Shown here: one piece after another, positions 1 to 10,114 of the stretch
How the letters are laid out: each line of letters opens with the position of its first letter
Numbering within the stretch: position 1 is the stretch's first letter
Virus record (IMG/VR): IMGVR_UViG_3300031953_000022
Location: 1 to 50,682 of that record
DNA: 50,682 nucleotides
Direction: 5' to 3' (one strand)
Source of the DNA: a virus
Lineage: Duplodnaviria > Caudoviricetes
Notes under the pieces: model-generated
The model's input: only the letters and a program-made list of their open reading frames with translations
Told to the model about the DNA's origin: nothing
Databases searched by the model: none
Made by a program: the position numbers and the translations under genes

Positions 1-493
1 TCGTCGGAATAAGACCTATTTGAGAATATTTCCAGCCATTGTAAAAAACAGCATACTTACCCGCATTTGTAGGGTCTAAGGCGTCGACTTTCGCTTTGTC
101 TACATTTACCCCTAAATATGGATATAAGAATTTTAATTTAGCCAACCAAGTACTTCCTGATTTAAAGAAGTCATCCCAAGCTACCCATATTTGATTACCT
201 GTTTTTACGTTCAAGTTATCATCCCAAAATAAAGTAGCATCATTTGTAATGCCCAACTCTGTCATATAAGCGGTTGTCTGTGATTCAGGAGCGAAAACTA
301 ATAGGGAAAAAGTTTGTATTGCAGTTAAGGAACTTTCCCCTCCATCATCATATACATTGGAAAACTGAACATCAAATGACGCCCCTGCTGCAACCACATC
401 TCCTATACAATACGCGGTTTGAGTATCTAATTGAGGGGTTGAGTTATGTTTAACTCCACCTATATAAATATTTATTCCTGTTTTGGTTGCCAT
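1..493 (-). CDS. Tail/receptor-binding protein, N-terminal part (runs off the left end)
   Basis: Own translation from ATG 493: MATKTGINIYIGGVKHNSTP...LAKLKFLYPYLG...FYNGWKYSQIGLIPT, open to base 1; absent from the ORF track. Confidence 0.8.
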   Translation of the reverse strand, partial: MATKTGINIYIGGVKHNSTPQLDTQTAYCIGDVVAAGASFDVQFSNVYDDGGESSLTAIQTFSLLVFAPESQTTAYMTELGITNDATLFWDDNLNVKTGNQIWVAWDDFFKSGSTWLAKLKFLYPYLGVNVDKAKVDALDPTNAGKYAVFYNGWKYSQIGLIPT

Positions 494-497
494 ATCT

Positions 498-1334
498 TTA
501 AGTTATATTATAATCAAATCCGTTTGATGTTACATTTGTAACGTTTGCACTTGTTATCGCTGCATAGGTTGTGGCTATTGTTTTCCATCGTATTGTTTCA
601 TCTCCTGTTTTTACAAATCCATTAGTGTTCAGATATGCGAGACAATCCGATTTTGTGAAATTAGCGGGCAATGAACCTTCTGGAATTTCTATGGTGCGAA
701 TGTTAGAATTATTTATTTCGCCAGTTCCTGTAGCAATTATAACATTCCCATTAACATCAGGTAAATTATCATTTACACTCTTTACCACCTCTGCATCATT
801 GGCTGGGGTGATACCTAAAGCATCTATAACGGCTTGGGCTGTTATAGCGTTCAAAGGAAAATAAAGCCCTTCAAAATCATCCCACAGATACCCTATGTTA
901 AATTCTTCATCAACATAAAGCGTATCTTCAAATCCAGTAAGCGGGAATGAAATAAAATCAGGTTGGCGCTCTATGGTGTCGGGTTTGGTTTCAAGACTTA
1001 AAACCCTATCTTCCAACAAATCAAAAGTCGATTGATCTACCCCGGTAACTTCCGCTAAAACCTTGTATTCAAAACCGGACTCATCTTGTTTTACAACAAC
1101 AATTTTTCCTTTTTGCCCTAAATAAGTACTTGGAGTGTCGGTCAATCCTAAATAAGTGGAAACGCCTTCTCCAGGAAAAACAGTTTTCTCTTTTGTAATC
1201 GTGAAAGGCCGCTTTTCTCCCGGCTTAAAAACTAAGAATGATTCCGTTCCGTCTAATGTGTCGAGGGCTGTTAATTGGCTCCCTTCGGGGGAATTCGCGA
1301 TAATCTGGAGCAGAAGGGCGTAAACTTCGTTCAT
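498..1334 (-). CDS. Minor tail / tail-fibre-associated protein
   Basis: Motifs LGLTDTPSTYLGQKGKIVVVK and VKSVNDNLPDVNGNV typical of phage fibre proteins; distal to tail genes. Confidence 0.65.
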   Translation of the reverse strand: MNEVYALLLQIIANSPEGSQLTALDTLDGTESFLVFKPGEKRPFTITKEKTVFPGEGVSTYLGLTDTPSTYLGQKGKIVVVKQDESGFEYKVLAEVTGVDQSTFDLLEDRVLSLETKPDTIERQPDFISFPLTGFEDTLYVDEEFNIGYLWDDFEGLYFPLNAITAQAVIDALGITPANDAEVVKSVNDNLPDVNGNVIIATGTGEINNSNIRTIEIPEGSLPANFTKSDCLAYLNTNGFVKTGDETIRWKTIATTYAAITSANVTNVTSNGFDYNIT

Positions 1335-1338
1335 AACG

Positions 1339-1381
1339 TAAATATAATTAAATTATTCTTATTTAGATTCATTCCAAATAA
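1339..1381 (-). promoter_or_regulatory. Promoter -7-like element (TATATTTA) with Fur-box-like palindrome
   Basis: TATATTTA at 1346-1339 (minus); TTATTTAGA-TTCAT-TCCAAATAA at 1359-1381. Confidence 0.55.
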
Positions 1382-1425
1382 TAAAGTTAAGTAATTAGCA
1401 TTCAACTATTTCTTATCTTTAATAC

Positions 1426-1680
1426 ATGACTGAATTCATATTCTTTTTTCTAATCTTCATTCTACTGGCGGTGTTCTGGACCAAGCCTAAGGAACTCCCT
1501 ATGGACAAACCCTTGAAAGAACCTTTAGATATTTCTAAAAATTCAGATTGGTACCTCAAAGAATATCCTGAAATTCTTAAACCCGAACCTCCGGAACCTC
1601 AAAACCCGACAATAATTGTGAACGTAACCAACAATCATTTGCATATTCATATTACACCTGAAGAAACCCAACCCCGCTAA
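1426..1680 (+). CDS. Small membrane-anchored moron protein, antisense to tail genes
   Basis: N-terminal hydrophobic helix, Pro-rich tail; TATCTTTA just upstream. Confidence 0.6.
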   Translation: MTEFIFFFLIFILLAVFWTKPKELPMDKPLKEPLDISKNSDWYLKEYPEILKPEPPEPQNPTIIVNVTNNHLHIHITPEETQPR

Positions 1681-3664
1681 CATCCGTTCCAACTTTCAGG
1701 AATTGAACATTAATTTGGGTAAAGTCTGCTTCAATACTTTCCATTGTTTGCCCTATCAAAGCTAATTCACACCTCACAAAATACCAGTTCCCAACCGGAT
1801 CTGTCTTGGCTGCTGAATTACAGATAAAAACCGCCCCGTCAATGTCGATATGACTTGCGTGGTTTAGTCCGTCAATTAGCCCGTGGGCCATTTCCATTGC
1901 CGTCGGCCTAAAATCAAGTTCGTAAATCGCTTTCGATTTGGAATTTATCAGTTTAATCGAGGTGTCCGTATCATGTGTTTCCCGTTCATTTTGACCGACG
2001 AACGTAAAATATTTGTCGTATTTTATCCGTCTAAACGGTCTAATTCCGGTACTGTAAATTATTTGATCATTCAGGTCTTCATTCCACCATTTCACCTTTA
2101 AATAAGTGCCGTTCAAAGATTCTTGAATCCTTAAAACCTCGCTCCAATATTCATTTTTACCGTTATCAATTGTGATAATGTAGGTTCCTGGCGCGCGGTT
2201 ACATAACACGTCAAATTCAAACACTTCGTAAGGGTGCTCGCTGTGAATTGAGGCGATAGGGGTGTTGATTACTTCTACCGGGTCTAAATTCGTAACTGCA
2301 TAAGCAATATCATTTTCGTATAATATATTGCTGATTTGCGCAACCCCGATATTTTCAATACTAAGAAAAACCCCGGCTTTGTACCAAATAGGCAAAAGTC
2401 CGTTCAAGATGTGTCCCTCTGCTTTTGGCGTAATTCCGTCGCTTTCGTAGATATTACCAGATGTGAAATGAACCGCCAATTTGCCATTTTTTGCAGTGAG
2501 GTTTCCCGCGTAAATATTCAACCGATTTATATTGTTGGACTTTTGAATGACCGTAATTTCTTCTTCGGTACCACACCCAAAAATCTTTACCGTGTGATTT
2601 TTGAAACTGGATTTAAACTGATCTGGTGCAATATCGGTTTGCAAATGATCGTGAAAAACTTTTATTTGCGCATTTGCCGGGATTTCCTCCGCAATATGTC
2701 CTAAGAAATTCTTTTGGGACCTGTCTACAAAATGATGTGAGTTGTGTTTTGGAATTTCGAATCTCTCTGGCACGGTCAAACCTTGTACCTGATCTTCCGT
2801 AACAATAAATGCTTTGGTTTTCTCGCATCCAAATTCATCTTCCACGTAAGCGGTAAAACTTCCTGCCAACAAACCGCCCCATGAGCTACTGCTTTTATAA
2901 TTTATTCCGTTCAAGGAATAGGTTTTGGCGAATCCTGAAGTTGACTGAATATTCGCTATTGCGCCAAAGGGACTTCCCGTAATATCTACACTCAATATTG
3001 AAAGAACCGCAGGCGGGTTAAATAAAATCGATTTTAAAACCGTCCCTGTAAATTCGGTATTATACAGTTTTACAATTCCGGTTAATTGTTCCGCAACCCT
3101 TAACCTGTCGAGGTTGTAGCTAAAAGCCCCGCTGATATCTGTAGGTATATCTACTACAAGATTTCCTACAGGAATTTCAATAACAATCCTTCCGCTTTTT
3201 ACGTTTGTCCCTACGTTTAAAAGGAATTTTCCGCAGGGATTCGTTGGGCTTTGGCTTAATGTTGCTGTAAGGGTTGCGGCGGCCTCCTGATCTGTGGTGG
3301 TCAGTTCGCTTGTGATAAAATCGGTATTGTTTAGGAACCCGTCAAAAAACGCACTATCAATATTGGATATCTGTACAATCCAGTTAGTCCCTCCATTCGC
3401 GATAGGCGCCCCGGCTGCGTCAAGCGTGGTTGTGTATATATAAAGCGTGCTTTGTGAGTAGTAATTATCATCTATCTCGTACGCATCCTTAAAATTGATT
3501 GCAGCGCCAATAGGGGTTTTAGACCCCGTGGAAGGATCGTAAATACTTACCTGCCTAAGCCCTGTTCTTTGAGGTTTAAAAGTGTAGGTACTCCCTGTTT
3601 TGATGGTAATTTGCTGCTCCGCAGTCGCGTATGTTATGAACCTTAATTTTAGACTAGATGCCAT
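1652..3664 (-). CDS. Minor tail protein with a SprB-like repeat
   Basis: 670 aa; YSLNG...GLLAGSFTAYVEDEFGC motif; second gene after tape measure. Confidence 0.7.
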   Translation of the reverse strand: MASSLKLRFITYATAEQQITIKTGSTYTFKPQRTGLRQVSIYDPSTGSKTPIGAAINFKDAYEIDDNYYSQSTLYIYTTTLDAAGAPIANGGTNWIVQISNIDSAFFDGFLNNTDFITSELTTTDQEAAATLTATLSQSPTNPCGKFLLNVGTNVKSGRIVIEIPVGNLVVDIPTDISGAFSYNLDRLRVAEQLTGIVKLYNTEFTGTVLKSILFNPPAVLSILSVDITGSPFGAIANIQSTSGFAKTYSLNGINYKSSSSWGGLLAGSFTAYVEDEFGCEKTKAFIVTEDQVQGLTVPERFEIPKHNSHHFVDRSQKNFLGHIAEEIPANAQIKVFHDHLQTDIAPDQFKSSFKNHTVKIFGCGTEEEITVIQKSNNINRLNIYAGNLTAKNGKLAVHFTSGNIYESDGITPKAEGHILNGLLPIWYKAGVFLSIENIGVAQISNILYENDIAYAVTNLDPVEVINTPIASIHSEHPYEVFEFDVLCNRAPGTYIITIDNGKNEYWSEVLRIQESLNGTYLKVKWWNEDLNDQIIYSTGIRPFRRIKYDKYFTFVGQNERETHDTDTSIKLINSKSKAIYELDFRPTAMEMAHGLIDGLNHASHIDIDGAVFICNSAAKTDPVGNWYFVRCELALIGQTMESIEADFTQINVQFLKVGTDVSGVGFLQV

Positions 3665-5861
3665 AAGCTTTCAGTAATTTATAAGTGAATTTATCTTTTG
3701 ATTTTACGCTGAAAATATAGGCGTGTTCCGTCCTATTTTGCTCATTTGTGAACTCCCAAAGCCCGTAATAATTATTGATCATTCGCCCGTTAATAAGGGT
3801 GCTTCCAAGTAATTTATCTAATATGTCCTGAGAAAAAGGCGCTTCTGCGTCTATCCATTCGGGCTTGAATAACGGATTTGTAACTTTGGAAATTAGGATA
3901 TTTTCGCGCTCCTGCAAGGCATCTTCGCCCGCCTTTTTAGTCTTTAATTCGCTGTTTCCTTTGGAGTTTGAGAATTGAATTTCTTCGTCCTGAAGCATAA
4001 TTATAGAATTGCTCCACCAATACTCATGACGTTTTTTATTCCGGGCCGGGCTTAGATTTAAATTAAATGCGGTTTCAGGCGAATAAATCCCGGTTGGTAC
4101 GGTTTCAAAATCATCGGTATAGGTTCGCGGCTCAAAATAACTACCTTGATTTGACCTCGAAATAAATTTCACATCAAAGAGGAAATTATCTTTATCTTCA
4201 TTGGTATCTTCGTCTGGGAAATCTTTATACGGCTTTCTTCGTGTTCCCTCCGCTCCGTAGCTATCGGTTCTGGAAGGCCCTAATGCTTCATAAATATTAT
4301 CTGTCCCTGTGAGTGGTGTTCTGTAGTCTGTTTGGGTGTTATATTCATCCAATCCTAAAGGCTGTTCATAGTCGCCTCCTTTTACATATCCAAATTTTAA
4401 GGACTGATAGCAGTATTCCGCTGCGGTGCTTCGGCCTTTGATCTGGATTTTTCCCAAATTTCCCATTACGGTCCTTTGGAAGAAAAACCTAAGGCTTTCA
4501 AGTACGATTCTTTGACTGTTTCCAACCGTGGAAATTCCGTAACCAACTGGCAAAATTGCGTGAATGGACTTATAGAAGTCTTCGAAATTCATTTCCATTG
4601 GCCAGGGTAATAAATTCCCGTTTTCGTCTTTTTTCTTCAAGTTCCGCAGCCAACCGCCCGGTGCAAATACCAAATTATGATCTTCATTTTTTAAATATTC
4701 CGGATCTTTTCCGTCCAACAAATGACTTTCAAAACAATTCTTTCCGGTGTATATTTCTGAAAGTCTTTTCCCTACATTATAGGCGGTTAAACAAGGCGAA
4801 TTTGTGCGTTTGAAAAATGAATCTTCCGACCACGTGAGCGTTCCGTTGAATTTATTAGCATCGAAGCTTATATCGCCATTACCACTTATTCCTCCTCCGT
4901 ACTCACCCGTTACATAAAGCCCAATTGCAAAACTGTCCCCAGCTTTGATGTCCCATCCGTTTTCATGGATCAAGACTAAAGACCCCCCGCCTGAATTAGA
5001 GCCAGGTATCGCGCTTCCCAACTCTTGTATTACATGTCTTTTTTTAAGGTTTAAGGTTGTGCCATTTTCGTACTGATCTAAAACCACCCTAATATTTACG
5101 TTCGAGGCATCCTCTATATGAATATCCGACACTTCACTCCATTCATAAGAAAAATTTAAAACAACTTTTCCGATATCCCTTCCCGTGTTTTCAAAAAAAC
5201 AGTTTAGGAGTGATTTTTTCCATCTTTCCTCAATGCCATAGCTTTCGTAAGGACTGGATATATTAAGTGGATCTGAATTAGCTACGACTTCGTACGGAAA
5301 AGGGGCGAACGATTCCCTTGAATCCCCTGAACTCCAAATACCCGATTGAAATCGGAAAGTTTCATTTTCAGAAGCCAATTTGCTCAACAAATAAATATCC
5401 CGTCCTTTGTTCGATAAAGTATCGGTCAAAAGTGCTGGAATAGGTCTACCGTTAATGTCGATAATCCTGTCCAACTCGAATTTTTCCCGCATTTGAGACG
5501 TTAATATTTCTCTTAACCCGCCCTCGACAAAATCCAATGACAATTTGTTTTCTTTGATGTTCCGGCTGTAAAAGTCTAGTGAGCCGATCGCATCCAAACG
5601 CCAGTCATCTGTAGTTGGGTGTTTTTCCTTCCTGATCAACTGGCATTTTGCGTGAACACCTTTTAAGGCATAGAGGTTTTCGAGGTAAGATTTTGCCTTT
5701 CCTACAAATTCAAGGTTGTTTATTTGGGTAAGAAAGATCCCATTGGTAGCCTCGCTCCTTTTTATGTCCAGTTCTTTTTGACGGAACCCGATAGGATCAT
5801 ATTCAAGGATCATAGTTCCTAGAATTGAGATCAGCGTTATTTCTACCCGGTTGCTAAACAT
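3654..5861 (-). CDS. Minor tail (hub/distal tail) protein
   Basis: 735 aa immediately downstream of tape measure. Confidence 0.7.
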   Translation of the reverse strand: MFSNRVEITLISILGTMILEYDPIGFRQKELDIKRSEATNGIFLTQINNLEFVGKAKSYLENLYALKGVHAKCQLIRKEKHPTTDDWRLDAIGSLDFYSRNIKENKLSLDFVEGGLREILTSQMREKFELDRIIDINGRPIPALLTDTLSNKGRDIYLLSKLASENETFRFQSGIWSSGDSRESFAPFPYEVVANSDPLNISSPYESYGIEERWKKSLLNCFFENTGRDIGKVVLNFSYEWSEVSDIHIEDASNVNIRVVLDQYENGTTLNLKKRHVIQELGSAIPGSNSGGGSLVLIHENGWDIKAGDSFAIGLYVTGEYGGGISGNGDISFDANKFNGTLTWSEDSFFKRTNSPCLTAYNVGKRLSEIYTGKNCFESHLLDGKDPEYLKNEDHNLVFAPGGWLRNLKKKDENGNLLPWPMEMNFEDFYKSIHAILPVGYGISTVGNSQRIVLESLRFFFQRTVMGNLGKIQIKGRSTAAEYCYQSLKFGYVKGGDYEQPLGLDEYNTQTDYRTPLTGTDNIYEALGPSRTDSYGAEGTRRKPYKDFPDEDTNEDKDNFLFDVKFISRSNQGSYFEPRTYTDDFETVPTGIYSPETAFNLNLSPARNKKRHEYWWSNSIIMLQDEEIQFSNSKGNSELKTKKAGEDALQERENILISKVTNPLFKPEWIDAEAPFSQDILDKLLGSTLINGRMINNYYGLWEFTNEQNRTEHAYIFSVKSKDKFTYKLLKAYGI

Positions 5862-8800
5862 TGGCTCTCTTATTTAATTTCATTTCTTTTGCGAATTCAC
5901 GCGCCAAAATTCCATAATCAGGAACCGGCATAGGAGCTTGTTTTTTATTATTCCCTTCCTTGATTGCTTTCAAAATCTCTTTATCCAGGTTATTTCCTGA
6001 CTCGCGTTGGTTCAGGGCTTTGGCCTGACTGCTCAATGATGCCATAATAGAGGCGCGGTTAAGCGCGTCCATATCTACAGAATCTAAGTAACTGCCAAAA
6101 TCTGGCAATACTTTATCTCCTTCTGATAGGTGGGTAAGGGTAGGCTTGCTTGAGGTGATACTTTTTAGTTTTCCGTATTTATCGGTAATAAATTCATTGA
6201 CCCCTCCGTCCCCGGTTATTGCCAGTTCCTCTTTCCCGCCTTTTCTACCGTCCTTATATTTTGGAATAGGCGTAGCTATCGCTGTAGCTAACTGCAAGGC
6301 TCCAAGAGTTCCGTAAAGAATCGCTAAAGGCAAACCTCCTTCTGCGAGTCCTCTTACAACTGCTGCGGCAGAATTCAAGGCTATGTCAAAAATTGCTGTC
6401 GCTTTATTTATTTTAGCCTGCTTATTTTGCTCAATTTTTTTCTTTTTATCTAACTCTTCAACCTTTCTCCTTCTTTCTTCCTCAGCTTCTTTGCGTTGTT
6501 GTTCCGTAAGACCTTCCCTAGCTAGGATTTCATCATACATTTTATTATTGGCGTCAATCTCTTCCTGATATTTTTGTATTTTACGTTCTGAAATTGCAGA
6601 AGCCAACGCGCCAACCTGATAAATTACATCGGAAGAGTATTCAAGCCATTCGGCAAGCTTCTCTTTTTTAAAGGTATTTTCATCTTCCGACCCTTTCATT
6701 TTAAGTTTAGAAAACTTCAAGAACTCATTGTAATCCCATTCGTAAGAAGAAACAAATTCTTTCATCAACCCGTCATGATCTTCACCAATTAGATTTGAAA
6801 GATTTTTCATCCCTTTTGTAATCCCCTCTGTGTTTAGGAAATTATCAATCTCTAATTTTTCGTCAGGTGTTAAATCAAGTTGCTCTAAGCCGTCAAATGT
6901 TCCTGAGACTATTTTTATATTAGTATCTACAAGTTCTATTTGCCTTGATAGGTTTTGGTATTCTTTAGAAGTGACGGCTAAATCTTTTTGTTGTTCCTGA
7001 AGGTTTTTTCTGAGCATTTCATAAAATCCAACAGACCCTTCAATTGCTTGGTTTTTTTTATCAATCCAAGCTATCTCTTCTTTTTCTCTTTTTCCCGCTC
7101 CTTTTGCCCCTCCTTTTCCTTCAGGGTCGCTATTCTCAGCATCTTCCAACGGAAGTTGCATAAAATTCCAGAATTTAGCATCTTTTTTAAGAGGCGCAAG
7201 GCTCCCGTTTTTTTCGACAAAAGCGTCTAATTCCGCTTGTATTTTTTTTCGGTTTATCTTTACTGCTTTATAAGCCCTGTCCCATTCCCTGGTAAACGAA
7301 TCGCCAATATCTTTATTTGTAAAAGCTATATATTTGTAAGCCTTATCCAATTCCCCATTAGATAAATACCCAAAAAGCTCCCTTACGGATTGATCTGTTT
7401 TCTTAATCGCTGCTATGCTAGATGAAAAAGAAACCCTAACAAGTTTTATCCCTTCTGCCCACGCTTCGAATATTGATATTGAAAAAAGATCCACAATAAA
7501 ACCTCCCACTACACCTAATTTTTCAAAAGTTTTTACCAATAAAGAGGATTCGCCTGTAAGATTTTTAATGTCTTCTTTTGTTGACCTAATGAAATTTCCG
7601 GCTAAATCAAATTCATTTCCTAATTCATTTAAATCATTTGAGGTAGATGTGATTTTTGAAGCGAGTAGTTCAAAAGTCCCTATTAACACTTTAGAGATTA
7701 ATCCGTTTCCGTCTTCCATATTCCTGAGCATTAAGTTCCAGCTATTTGAGAGACGGCCTTGTGCTGCGTTTAAAGTTTCAACTTTTTTAACTTTGTTAAG
7801 CGAAAAGGTTCTTTCTAATTCCTCAGCAAATCCCGGAAGCACTTCATCAGAAATAACATTCCCTAATTCAAGTTGTTTGTTTAACTCCGCTGTGGTCAAC
7901 CCCATAGATTTCGCTAGGATCTGGAACGCGCCCGGTAATCTTTCCCCTAATTGCCCCCGTATTTCTTCGGCTTGAACTTTTCCTTTTGATAGGATTTGTT
8001 CCATTGCCCTCATAGCTCCATTAACCTCTTCAGTGGAAAGACCCAAAATAGCACCGGCTTTTGCTGTTTGCCTGAATATGTTTTGAGTTTCCTCTAAAGT
8101 TAAATTTGTAGTTTTCGCAGACGCGTAAAACTTAGTATAAGCTCTCTGGAGTGTGTTGATCCCTACTCCTGTTTCCTCTGCAAGTTCATTTATATATTCC
8201 TGAGCCTGAGCGTAAATCCCTATTGATCCAGAAACTTGTAATAACGCTTTGTTTAGCCCGTCAATTTCTTTAATTTGCTGAAATATCTCTTTACCGATAT
8301 TGATAGCTTCATAGATTCCAAAGGCAGCGACCGCAGACATTACCATTTCTTTCACCCCGCCCCATGCCTTGCCATAATTACCTACACTTCTTTGATGCTG
8401 GCCTACCGACGCGTCAACCCGTTTTAATTTACCGTCAAGCTCTGTAATTTCTTTTTCGAGCTTGTTCATTTCTCCCACTTCCTTTTTAGTAAGGGTAATT
8501 CCTTGCTCTTTAGAAATAGACAGGTCTTTATATCGCCTCCTTAATCCATTTAAAGTAATGGATTGTTTGGTGTATTCGCCTGAAAGTTTTGATGATATTT
8601 TAGCGTACTCCCTAGCGTTTCTGGCTAGTATTTTTTGATTCTCAATCTCTTCGGTAGTCCTTACATTGGATTGTTGCTTTGCATTAGCCAGTTTAGCTAT
8701 TTGAGATTGTAGGGCTTCATTTAATTGCTTTTGCTCTTTTAATTGCGCGTTGACTTGTTTTATATATTCGGAATGCTTTTGCAGCCTATCGTTTACATCT

Positions 8801-8955
8801 TTTGACGCAACTTCGGTCATTGGGGTTTCTGCTAATTTCCTGGCGCTTTTTGCAGCGCTTAAAATACCTTTATCTACACTTAAAACAGACGCTTCAATTT
8901 TAGATAGGGTGTCAAGTGCTTCATTTAATGCTTGGTCAAGACTGTTTTTTCCCAT
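5854..8955 (-). CDS. Tail tape measure protein
   Basis: 1033 aa coiled coil; tape-measure domain motif QILSKGKVQAEEIRGQLGERLPGA; C-terminal IPKYKDG...GDGGVNE. Confidence 0.93.
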   Translation of the reverse strand: MGKNSLDQALNEALDTLSKIEASVLSVDKGILSAAKSARKLAETPMTEVASKDVNDRLQKHSEYIKQVNAQLKEQKQLNEALQSQIAKLANAKQQSNVRTTEEIENQKILARNAREYAKISSKLSGEYTKQSITLNGLRRRYKDLSISKEQGITLTKKEVGEMNKLEKEITELDGKLKRVDASVGQHQRSVGNYGKAWGGVKEMVMSAVAAFGIYEAINIGKEIFQQIKEIDGLNKALLQVSGSIGIYAQAQEYINELAEETGVGINTLQRAYTKFYASAKTTNLTLEETQNIFRQTAKAGAILGLSTEEVNGAMRAMEQILSKGKVQAEEIRGQLGERLPGAFQILAKSMGLTTAELNKQLELGNVISDEVLPGFAEELERTFSLNKVKKVETLNAAQGRLSNSWNLMLRNMEDGNGLISKVLIGTFELLASKITSTSNDLNELGNEFDLAGNFIRSTKEDIKNLTGESSLLVKTFEKLGVVGGFIVDLFSISIFEAWAEGIKLVRVSFSSSIAAIKKTDQSVRELFGYLSNGELDKAYKYIAFTNKDIGDSFTREWDRAYKAVKINRKKIQAELDAFVEKNGSLAPLKKDAKFWNFMQLPLEDAENSDPEGKGGAKGAGKREKEEIAWIDKKNQAIEGSVGFYEMLRKNLQEQQKDLAVTSKEYQNLSRQIELVDTNIKIVSGTFDGLEQLDLTPDEKLEIDNFLNTEGITKGMKNLSNLIGEDHDGLMKEFVSSYEWDYNEFLKFSKLKMKGSEDENTFKKEKLAEWLEYSSDVIYQVGALASAISERKIQKYQEEIDANNKMYDEILAREGLTEQQRKEAEEERRRKVEELDKKKKIEQNKQAKINKATAIFDIALNSAAAVVRGLAEGGLPLAILYGTLGALQLATAIATPIPKYKDGRKGGKEELAITGDGGVNEFITDKYGKLKSITSSKPTLTHLSEGDKVLPDFGSYLDSVDMDALNRASIMASLSSQAKALNQRESGNNLDKEILKAIKEGNNKKQAPMPVPDYGILAREFAKEMKLNKRANV

Positions 8956-9560
8956 TATGCCGCTTTGTTGTTAATTACTTCGTCTATCCATAAAAGCCAT
9001 TCCGAAACAGAGGTGTTTCTTAAGTCGATATTCACTTTTAAAGCCCTTTGAATTTTAACTTTTAAAGTTAGTGTTGAAGCTCCTTTGTTGTCTTCAGAAG
9101 CATTTTCAAACTCCTTCGCCTCTTTTGTTTTTAATTCCAATTTCATTTTAACAGCTTTCAGCTGGTTAATGAGTTTTAGAATCTCTCCCTTTAAAGGCTT
9201 TCCTTCGTTTATGTAGAATCGTATTGCTTTTAACTCTGAAATGTACTCTTTGCGAATTTCGTTGCTCATAAGAAAACTTCTTTCCGCTAATTGCTTGATC
9301 ATAATATCAGCAAAATGCGCTCTGCTTTTAAGATCCGCTATATCTGCCACAAGTTCAAAATACCCAAGCGTTTTGTCATTTTCGGTTTTCTTTAAATACT
9401 CCTCCTGGATATTTTCCCATACTTTTTTAGCGTCTTCAGGAATTTCTATTTGCTCGTAACCGTCATATCCAACCACCAAAAACCGCAAGTCATTTGTCTT
9501 TATGATCTTGTCAAAGTTCCATTTTGATAATTCGTCGCAGTTTTGGTGTAATCGAATCAT
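8955..9560 (-). CDS. Hypothetical protein, possible tail assembly chaperone
   Basis: Helical 201 aa ORF directly before tape measure. Confidence 0.5.
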   Translation of the reverse strand: MIRLHQNCDELSKWNFDKIIKTNDLRFLVVGYDGYEQIEIPEDAKKVWENIQEEYLKKTENDKTLGYFELVADIADLKSRAHFADIMIKQLAERSFLMSNEIRKEYISELKAIRFYINEGKPLKGEILKLINQLKAVKMKLELKTKEAKEFENASEDNKGASTLTLKVKIQRALKVNIDLRNTSVSEWLLWIDEVINNKAA

Positions 9561-10000
9561 ATTCTAATATTTTCTATACAGTATTCAATTAAATCAGGCA
9601 AAATGTATTCTTTATTTATAGTCTCTTCGTCTTTCTCAGTATTCCCGAAAATGTCCTCACCGTATTTTTTTGCGAGTTTATTTCTTTTGGGGTTTTTGCT
9701 GTCAATTTCATAGTCCCCTTCCTCTGCATTGACAAAGAAGTCCCTGTAAAACCGTCCTATATCATTCAGAGTAACCCTATTAAAAGGCTGTCCCGCTAAT
9801 TTTTTAAGTTCAATAGTGGTTTCAGTATATTCAGGAAAAATATCATCATCATTGGAATCTTTACCAGAATATAATTTAGCGGTGTTCATCGCTTTTATGA
9901 TAGGCTCGTTTTTCTTTGCTGATTTAGCCGCCACAATGGAAAGTTCCTTCTTGATTTGAGTAAGTGAACTAATTGCGACGTCTACCATTCCTGAACTCAT
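9557..10000 (-). CDS. Virion morphogenesis / tail completion protein
   Basis: Y..T...K...GQP.RVTL.D.G.FY pattern seen in phage neck proteins. Confidence 0.55.
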   Translation of the reverse strand: MSSGMVDVAISSLTQIKKELSIVAAKSAKKNEPIIKAMNTAKLYSGKDSNDDDIFPEYTETTIELKKLAGQPFNRVTLNDIGRFYRDFFVNAEEGDYEIDSKNPKRNKLAKKYGEDIFGNTEKDEETINKEYILPDLIEYCIENIRI

Positions 10001-10056
10001 TCTTATTTAATTTTTAGGCGTAAAACTTTAATAGTTCAATCCTTATTTAACCTTTA

Positions 10057-10095
10057 TTAAAAAAGCCCCGCCCAATTCAGGACGGGGCTTTTTAA
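10057..10095 (-). terminator. Intrinsic terminator after major tail gene
   Basis: AAAAAGCCCCG...CGGGGCTTTTT inverted repeat. Confidence 0.85.
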
Positions 10096-10114
10096 TTGGC
10101 TAATCAGTAAATTC

